A stretch of DNA of 64,000 bases from a virus (Duplodnaviria; Heunggongvirae; Uroviricota; Caudoviricetes). Made by a program: the position numbers and the translations under genes. The stretch lies in IMG/VR virus record IMGVR_UViG_3300021979_000001, positions 66,948 through 130,947 of that record; one strand, given 5' to 3'. The notes under the pieces are model-generated. The model worked only from the letters and a program-made list of their open reading frames with translations. It did not search any database and was not told the origin of the DNA. Of the stretch, positions 57,611-64,000 are shown one piece after another (position 1 is the stretch's first letter; each line of letters starts with the position of its first letter).

Positions 57611-58369
57611 ATGAGAAATTTTATCGATATTATAAATGAATATCACGAATGGGAAGAATGGGATAGCTATGAACATAAAGACATAAAAACCCCTTCATTT
57701 CCTGACCCAACAACAAACCCAAATTTTGTTAGATGGTTTGGTAAATCAATCGTTGTTGATCATAAAACAAAAAAACCATTAGTGGTATTTCGTGGAGAAC
57801 ATGGTGATACAAATGGGAATTTCTTATCACGCAGATCAAGTTTAACCTTTAGTTCGTTTCATTCAGCAAATTCATATAGCTTATCACCAAATGATCGTGA
57901 TGATTTATATGCATCCAACCCACATGTATTTCCATGTTATTTAAAAATCGAAAAGCCATTTATTGTGCAATACACTGATCCATATGTCGAATTTAGCGAT
58001 ATGTTGCGAATTGCACCGTTAACGAAAGTGATTGAATTAGCAATCAGATTTGAAGATGGCATTTATAACACCGGTAATTGGATGGATAATTACAGTGATG
58101 ATTATGATTCCGTAGAAGAATTGCTCACACAAAAACCAGAAGAAATCAAAAAACTATACACGTTAGCTTTTGAAATATTGGATGACGCGGAATGTGTTTC
58201 ATTAATTAAACAGGCCGGGTATGATGGGGCAATACATGGGGGATTTGGTGTAGAACATGATGCAGAGTATCGAGTTTTTGATATTCGGCATGTTAAATCA
58301 ATCTTTAATAATGGTTCATTTAATCCATCATCAACAAATATTTCAGAACAACAAAAAGGCGGGGATTAA
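57611..58369 (+). CDS. ADP-ribosyltransferase-fold protein (ART-PolyVal-like, R-S-E type)
   Basis: FVRWFGKS.VVD...PLVVFRG, LTFSS, CYLKIEKP, GYDG, EYRVF; start ATG 57611 (MRNFIDIINE), not 57455. Confidence 0.7.
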   Translation: MRNFIDIINEYHEWEEWDSYEHKDIKTPSFPDPTTNPNFVRWFGKSIVVDHKTKKPLVVFRGEHGDTNGNFLSRRSSLTFSSFHSANSYSLSPNDRDDLYASNPHVFPCYLKIEKPFIVQYTDPYVEFSDMLRIAPLTKVIELAIRFEDGIYNTGNWMDNYSDDYDSVEELLTQKPEEIKKLYTLAFEILDDAECVSLIKQAGYDGAIHGGFGVEHDAEYRVFDIRHVKSIFNNGSFNPSSTNISEQQKGGD

Positions 58370-58380
58370 TCCCGCCTTTT
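58354..58380. terminator. Bidirectional terminator
   Basis: AAAAGGCGGG / CCCGCCTTTT. Confidence 0.75.
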
Positions 58381-58690
58381 ATTTGTTGTAGAAATGAGAA
58401 ATAATGTATTCAATTAATTTTGTTGCTTTTCTTTTACTATTTTCAGATGGTCCACCCATATACACACTTGGGTGATCAAAATGCCCAGCTAATAATGATT
58501 TCATTTCATCTGATTGCAAGAATATCTCAATTGTTAATTGTGTCTGTTTAACGATTAACATTAAATTGTTATCAGAACAAATATCGGAACGTTTGTATTG
58601 ATTAATTTGTTCTTCCCAATAATTGTTACTTACTGGTCCGTGTTGATTTTCATATATCGAACGACATAACATTTCAATCGTATTATTCAT
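58379..58690 (-). CDS. Hypothetical protein
   Basis: Phage-like C-terminus (FDHPSVYMGGPS); start set at MNNTIEML because the upstream extension is repeat-derived. Confidence 0.55.
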   Translation of the reverse strand: MNNTIEMLCRSIYENQHGPVSNNYWEEQINQYKRSDICSDNNLMLIVKQTQLTIEIFLQSDEMKSLLAGHFDHPSVYMGGPSENSKRKATKLIEYIISHFYNK

Positions 58691-58860
58691 GTGTGGTTTT
58701 CTTGTGTTCCTGGTATTCATGTGTGTTTTCCTTGTGTAATACTGACATAGATATTCATTATTATCTCTTTGTGTATCTTCTTGTGTTTTTACGTATTTCT
58801 TTGTGATTCGTTCTGCAATTATCTCTTTGAGATTCTTTCTGTGATTATCTCTTTGTGTAT
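58684..58860. repeat. Iteron-like direct repeats
   Basis: 24-bp near-repeat at 58684 and 58714; ATTATCTCTTTG(TGTAT) at 58760, 58818, 58844. Confidence 0.8.
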
Positions 58861-58994
58861 TTCTGTGTGATTCTTGACACATTTGTTTATTAACAATTTC
58901 CTAATGCTTGTTTAACAAGTTTCTAACACGCTCACATGCGTTCGCTAACTTTTCATTGAAGCATTGTTTATTGTAATACTTATTTTTTAAAATC

Positions 58995-59600
58995 AATTCT
59001 GATAGATTTAACGTCACTTAATCCCCCCTGTCACCAGAATAATAGAAATACATCATAAACCACATTATTAAAAAAATAATGGGTTGATGCATTCCCAAAC
59101 AATTCTGATAACAGGGGGGTTACGTAGATACAAAATCTGATGAGTTTGTAGCCATTCCAGAAGTCACTTAATGCGTTTATAGCATTAGCTGGTGGTTGCC
59201 CGTATCCAGCATGCGCGACCCAACCCCTTGCACGTGATTTGCACCTAATAATGGGATAGTTACCGCAATCATCCTTACTTTTGCTTTTTTTAATGATGCT
59301 GATGCTACCCAGGTTATCACGTTTAACGCAACAACGGTTACGGCCTTTAATAAGGTCCGAGTAAATATACCATGCATTGGAAGGACACGATATATTTGGA
59401 TGGGTATCAAAGTGTCAAGACATTGCCATCCTCGTTATTGTTTAGGGCCTTTTTTCGGGGCAAATCCCCGACGAGCAGCAGTCCCGTGTTACACGGTCCT
59501 TCTCGGTTGCTGTTCTAGCATAACGCCCGGTCCCTGATTCCCGGTGATATTTTTGGGGTGGAAGTGACCCCGACTACTTCCTGAACTGTATGATTAGGAC
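58995..59600 (-). ncRNA. Candidate large structured non-coding RNA (or replication origin)
   Basis: About 600 nt with no credible ORF, more than 10 helices; TTGACT-N16-GATACT at 59628-59601 on the minus strand. Confidence 0.45.
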
Positions 59601-59759
59601 AGTATCATATCATCAATTTTTGAGTCAATATTAATCAGAAAATTGTTGTCAACGATAAAATCAATGATATTTAGTCTTTAAAATAGTTGACAATTATATT
59701 TTTTGGTGAGTTTGAATTTTTTTTATAAATAGTGTCGAACCAAAATTACAGGTGACACT

Positions 59760-60185
59760 ATGAAAATATCAAAAACTGGGGTTGCATTAATTCAAGAATT
59801 TGAAGGACTTGAACTGGAATCATATCAAGATTCGGTTGGTATATGGACTATTGGTTATGGCACTACTCGAAACATTCATGAGGGTATGGTTATCACCGAA
59901 GGACAGGCAACGCAATTTCTCGAAAAAGACGTATCTGAAACCGAACAAGCGGTAAACAACATGACATCTTACCCAATTAATCAAAATCAATTTGATGCCT
60001 TGGTATCATTTGCTTATAATGTGGGCATAACCGCACTGCGTTCTAGCACATTGATGCGCAAACTCAATGCGGGTGATGTTGATGGTGCTGCAAATGAGTT
60101 CCAGCGCTGGGTTAGAGCAGGCGGGAAAGTCCTTCCTGGGCTGGTAAGACGACGAGAAGCCGAACGCGCACTTTTCATTTCTTAA
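59760..60185 (+). CDS. GH24 phage lysozyme (endolysin)
   Basis: EFEG...YQDSVGIWTIGYGTT catalytic E-x8-D-x5-T, FDALVSFAYNVG, GLVRRREAE; TATAAATA at 59724. Confidence 0.95.
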   Translation: MKISKTGVALIQEFEGLELESYQDSVGIWTIGYGTTRNIHEGMVITEGQATQFLEKDVSETEQAVNNMTSYPINQNQFDALVSFAYNVGITALRSSTLMRKLNAGDVDGAANEFQRWVRAGGKVLPGLVRRREAERALFIS

Positions 60186-60188
60186 CAT

Positions 60189-60218
60189 AAAAACGGGTGG
60201 TTAGTTCACCCGTTTTTT
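60189..60218 (+). terminator. Intrinsic terminator
   Basis: AAAAACGGGTG / CACCCGTTTTT. Confidence 0.75.
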
Positions 60219-60234
60219 ATTAAAAAGGTTTTAT

Positions 60235-61491
60235 ATGTCTGATCCATTGAAGAACAAAAAATTCTGTGTTCTCCCTTTTATTCATTTTTCTAATCGGCCC
60301 ACTGGAAATATTCGGTTGTGCTGTGAAGCAGAGAGTCCGCATGACTGGTTATTAAATGATGGCAACACCGCCGCCATTGGCCGGGACGATTTCATGGGGG
60401 ACGTTTGGAACTCGGATTATATTAAAGATGTTCGCAAAAAAATGTTTGCTGGTGAATATGTCAAAGAGTGTGAAACCAGATGTTATTTTAATGAATCCGT
60501 GGGCATTATGTCGAAACGGGAACGTGCAAACGAACGATGGTTAACCCCGGATGTCGTTGATAGAGTTGTCAAAGCAGCAAACAATGATATGCATGTTGCC
60601 GAACCGCCCAAATTTATTGATGTTAAACTCGGCAATCTATGTAATTTATCATGTCGTATGTGTTCAGCAGTCAGCAGCACCCGGTGGTTGAATGATGTTA
60701 AAATGATGTCAGATGATCTTCCACCAGAATATGACAAAAGTGTGAAACGTGGTCAGGCAATCACCCGGTGGTGGGATTCAGCAACATTTGAAAAAAACAT
60801 GATGGATATATTACCATATGTTGACGTTATTCAAGCAACGGGTGGCGAACCATTTTTAAATAAAAAACTTTTGGAAATTATAGAGAAAATACCGGATGAA
60901 CAATGCGCAAAAATGTCATTTTGGGTATCATCAAATGTCCAGCATATTGATGACCGGTGGTTCGTTGCCTTATCTCGATTTAAAGATGCCGGTGTAAACG
61001 CCAGTATTGATGCGACGGGCAAAGCATTGGAATATATTCGTCAACATGCCGAATGGGATACCATTGTCGAAAACATTTACCGCCTTGAAGAATGTGGGAC
61101 ATCATTAAAAATATCATATACCCATCAACTCTTTTCATTGGAATATTTGCCATCATTATATGACTTTGCCATATCGCGTCGTTCTGGTAAAAAAAAGATG
61201 ATGGTTCAACCGCATATTCTTCGGTATCCCATCACATATCGTCAATCGATTTTGTGTGATGACGGTCGTAATCATTTCGTTCAAAAATATCGAGATTATT
61301 TGGCATCGCAGAATTTGTTGTCCGATCATGATAGAGAATCGATTGAAGCAATTATCAATGATTTGAACAACGGTCAGCATGACCCAGATACTCTATCCAA
61401 ATCGCAGCACGTCACCCGAACAATGGATACTTATTATAACCGAAATTTTGCAGACGTATTCCCTGAACTTAATCAGTTTTTAAAATGGTGA
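60235..61491 (+). CDS. Radical SAM protein with N-terminal twitch/SPASM-like Cys domain
   Basis: FCVLPF..LCC..C..C, then CNLSCRMC, TGGEPF, ASIDA. Confidence 0.9.
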   Translation: MSDPLKNKKFCVLPFIHFSNRPTGNIRLCCEAESPHDWLLNDGNTAAIGRDDFMGDVWNSDYIKDVRKKMFAGEYVKECETRCYFNESVGIMSKRERANERWLTPDVVDRVVKAANNDMHVAEPPKFIDVKLGNLCNLSCRMCSAVSSTRWLNDVKMMSDDLPPEYDKSVKRGQAITRWWDSATFEKNMMDILPYVDVIQATGGEPFLNKKLLEIIEKIPDEQCAKMSFWVSSNVQHIDDRWFVALSRFKDAGVNASIDATGKALEYIRQHAEWDTIVENIYRLEECGTSLKISYTHQLFSLEYLPSLYDFAISRRSGKKKMMVQPHILRYPITYRQSILCDDGRNHFVQKYRDYLASQNLLSDHDRESIEAIINDLNNGQHDPDTLSKSQHVTRTMDTYYNRNFADVFPELNQFLKW

Positions 61492-61524
61492 TAAATACCC
61501 ATATAGCTATTATGGGTAATTATA

Positions 61525-62850
61525 ATGTTTCAAGGATTAGACTATTGGTATGATGGACAAATCCGCCGCTATCTTGATATGATGGTGTTGGCACTATCCG
61601 GGTTTAAATGGGAAGGTGGTCGTCGCAATGGGGATGCACCACAACAGCATGTGACACCATGTCGTATTGCTTCTCGGGATAAACAGATTGCGACGATTAT
61701 GCAAAACGCATCAGAAAACACTATTTTAACCGTTCCAATGATAACCGTTGCGATGTCGGGTTTACAGATGCGCCGGGAAGATTTACAACACCCTGGACAT
61801 ATTTCAACCGTCCAGGCAACGGAACGAGAAATTGATCCATTAACACAAAAATACACCAATAAACCCGGTGTTCGATATACGGTAAGACGGATGATGCCGC
61901 GTCCATTCAATTTAATGATACAAATTGATATTTGGACTTCAAATATGCAGCAGAAATTACAACTTTCGGAACAGATTTTGACTGTATTAATGCCAGGATT
62001 TGACATTCAAAATTCGGATAATGCGTTAGATTGGTCATCTGCTACTACCGCAATGCTCGAAGATGTTACATGGTCAAGTAGATCAATCCCGGTAGGCCAA
62101 TCCGATGATATTGACATTATGACAATAAATATCCGAATTCCGATCTGGCTTAATCCCCCGGCAGAAGTGACGCAACAAAAACTTATTCATCAAATCAATA
62201 CCAATATCGGGTATATCGATTCCGTTGATGACGATGATTTTGATAGGTTCGAACAACAAATCGTGACTCCTGGTAATCACATGGTATCGGTTCAAAATGG
62301 AACGGTGAAATTATTGGGTGAAAACGGGACGGATACATCCGTAACATGGGATCATTTGTTGCGGGAATATGGCCGAACCTCGTTATCAAGCAGATTACAT
62401 ATCAAAACATTAACTGACATTGAAGATGATTCTGGCGATATTATTGGAACATTTGCAGTTGATGCAAATGATCCGCAAATACTTAATTGGTATATTGATA
62501 TTGATACCTTGCCCGTCAATACCTTACCACCGGTTACTGCGGTTATCGACCCACGTAAGACCACACCAATCAACGGAGATATTGTGCCGATTGAGGGGGC
62601 ACGGTATTTGGTCATTGAAAATATTGCACCAGGAACACAAGCATGGGGACCGCTTTCGGCCCGAACTAATGATATTATTCAATACGTTAATGGTAGTTGG
62701 ATTGTGTCATTTGACTCGAATAATTCTACTGCCACCGAATATGTGGTAAACCAAACATCAGGTAGTCAAATGCGATTTAGTAATGGTGAATGGCTAATGG
62801 CGGTGGATGGGGTTTATGCCCCTGGATACTGGCGCTTATTCTTACAATAA
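61525..62850 (+). CDS. gp15: Tail terminator / sheath stabiliser (gp15-like)
   Basis: YWYDGQIRRY, VPMITV, MPRPFNL..DIWT..QKLQL.EQIL..F..P, DW; GATAAATA at 61490. Confidence 0.8.
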   Translation: MFQGLDYWYDGQIRRYLDMMVLALSGFKWEGGRRNGDAPQQHVTPCRIASRDKQIATIMQNASENTILTVPMITVAMSGLQMRREDLQHPGHISTVQATEREIDPLTQKYTNKPGVRYTVRRMMPRPFNLMIQIDIWTSNMQQKLQLSEQILTVLMPGFDIQNSDNALDWSSATTAMLEDVTWSSRSIPVGQSDDIDIMTINIRIPIWLNPPAEVTQQKLIHQINTNIGYIDSVDDDDFDRFEQQIVTPGNHMVSVQNGTVKLLGENGTDTSVTWDHLLREYGRTSLSSRLHIKTLTDIEDDSGDIIGTFAVDANDPQILNWYIDIDTLPVNTLPPVTAVIDPRKTTPINGDIVPIEGARYLVIENIAPGTQAWGPLSARTNDIIQYVNGSWIVSFDSNNSTATEYVVNQTSGSQMRFSNGEWLMAVDGVYAPGYWRLFLQ

Positions 62851-62853
62851 AAA

Positions 62854-63279
62854 GTGAGGACCGAAATGCTTTATCCTATTGGTGAACAAATGCTGTTTCC
62901 AGACGAGCGGACACTTTCTTATTTTAGAGAGTTTGCGGATGGGCCAATCGTTATTAAAGAGCCTAGGGTGCCGACAATTTCAATTTTTACTCTTATTGAA
63001 AATCGAAAAGGGTTTATGGAAAAACATGGGTTCACCACCATTCGACTATTGGATGTATCCCAACATGATCCATATTGGACAATATGCCGAGAACTTTCAC
63101 GGTTGGGAATATTAGTAGGATCAATATTAGAAAAAGGGTGGGTGTGGGACTTGCAACAACAAAAAATTATGGTTGACCATTCATGCGCATTCTGGCATAT
63201 TGATCCGAATGATGTTATATCATTTGATATAACCGGGGAAATTCCCGATTTTCGTGTTTCCGTAATACAAAAAAGGTAA
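62854..63279 (+). CDS. Hypothetical protein
   Basis: 141-aa ORF, GTG start. Confidence 0.55.
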   Translation: MRTEMLYPIGEQMLFPDERTLSYFREFADGPIVIKEPRVPTISIFTLIENRKGFMEKHGFTTIRLLDVSQHDPYWTICRELSRLGILVGSILEKGWVWDLQQQKIMVDHSCAFWHIDPNDVISFDITGEIPDFRVSVIQKR

Positions 63280-63284
63280 AATCA

Positions 63285-63743
63285 ATGGTAGTTGCCGCTA
63301 AATCCAACCAAAATACATATTTATACGACAATTCGAAAAGACCACAACTGGTTGCACCAAATGAAGTATTTGTTGCATTTTTTCAGCGGTTCGCATCCGA
63401 TGGTATTATCGATGATTCCCGCGATGCCAATATGATCAAACTGATGGTTCAGTTTGGTATTCTTGCCGAAACTGAACGCGGGTTTAAATTGACGGAACTC
63501 GGGGTTAAATGCAAAACCGCGATTTCAAACAATATGGTCTGGAACTTGGATGCCGGATCGGAAGACTATAATGAAACCGTGACTTTCTGGATGCGGTTCG
63601 GTCCCACCAATCACCCAAATGCAAATCATGAATGGCTGTTAAACATGCCAGCATTGCCAGAATTGGCCGAAAATTTGTCATACATCACCCTTGCAAAACT
63701 TCGAGGCGATAATAATGATGGTGGACCAGAGGAAAATGATTAA
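63285..63743 (+). CDS. Hypothetical protein
   Basis: 152-aa ORF. Confidence 0.6.
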   Translation: MVVAAKSNQNTYLYDNSKRPQLVAPNEVFVAFFQRFASDGIIDDSRDANMIKLMVQFGILAETERGFKLTELGVKCKTAISNNMVWNLDAGSEDYNETVTFWMRFGPTNHPNANHEWLLNMPALPELAENLSYITLAKLRGDNNDGGPEEND

Positions 63744-64000
63744 TGACTAAATTAATCAACAAAATCGGTTGTTACAATTTTAAAAATAGCCGATTTCTGG
63801 TTGGTGATGGTGATTACATGGTTAGTAAAGATATGATTCGCGTTTTTCGTGAATCATATCTTCGTAATATGTTAATCTGTTCCTGGAATTTAACCCCGGT
63901 GCAAATGGAGAAGACGTTCATTCCATTAAAATTTATTGATTTTATTGAACGAAAAATAATGTCGTTGGAAAAGTTACATGTCGTATATGATATGAACGAT
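63743..64000 (+). CDS. Partial hypothetical protein running off the window end
   Basis: TAATG coupling; MTKLINKIGCYNFKNSRF... open to the end of the window. Confidence 0.55.
   Translation, partial: MTKLINKIGCYNFKNSRFLVGDGDYMVSKDMIRVFRESYLRNMLICSWNLTPVQMEKTFIPLKFIDFIERKIMSLEKLHVVYDMND

Noticed and set aside
58691-58882. N-terminal extension of the 167-aa ORF (TQRDN repeats)
   Set aside because: Translation of the DNA repeats; low complexity with no good SD. Not fully excluded.
59177-59410. 77-aa minus-strand ORF inside the structured region
   Set aside because: No SD or phage-like composition, and it spans helices better explained by RNA or DNA structure.
1-64000. Numerous 60-150 aa ORFs overlapping longer genes on the opposite strand or in other frames (for example 1199-1513, 7551-8198, 14910-15368, 30585-31031)
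   Set aside because: Shadow ORFs of well-supported genes; no motifs or ribosome-binding sites.
1-64000. tRNA, rRNA, tmRNA or CRISPR arrays
   Set aside because: No cloverleaf, rRNA block or repeat-spacer array seen by eye; GTTCGA words inspected fall in coding regions. tRNAscan-SE and CRISPR finders were not run.
1-64000. Stop-codon reassignment, as seen in some jumbo phages
   Set aside because: Core genes are full length in the standard code and end at TAA, TAG or TGA.

Overview
This window is a 64-kb segment of a T4-related jumbo myovirus genome. The gene content matches my recollection of Rak2/GAP32/Atu_ph07/XacN1-like jumbo phages; the host cannot be inferred. About 4-16 kb is a replication/recombination block: minimal DnaE-like polymerase core, gp62-like clamp-loader subunit, UvsW, UvsY, UvsX and gp32 SSB. 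About 16.7-37 kb and 52-63 kb hold packaging and morphogenesis genes (TerL, probable TerS, gp4, tail tube and paralog, sheath, gp13, gp14, gp15, lysozyme), most preceded by a T4-like late promoter motif NATAAATA. Standout observations: (1) TerL is fractured inside its Walker A motif by an atypically split intein (about 44-aa IntN, 148-aa IntC), with a Vsr-like homing endonuclease and an opposite-strand HExxH metallopeptidase between the halves. (2) Several enzymes (three ADP-ribosyltransferase folds, Nudix, zincin) carry N-termini resembling T4 capsid-targeting sequences, and a GNAT is embedded in a probable virion polyprotein, suggesting an injected effector cocktail. (3) Two AT-rich paralog arrays occur: a 9.6-kb array of alternating A/B genes and a five-gene array, linked by shared short motifs. 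(4) A roughly 600-nt densely base-paired non-coding region lies beside iteron-like repeats, and there are several promoter/terminator-bounded small-RNA candidates. No tRNA, rRNA or CRISPR array was seen. All calls come from reading motifs by eye; no database searches or folding were run.
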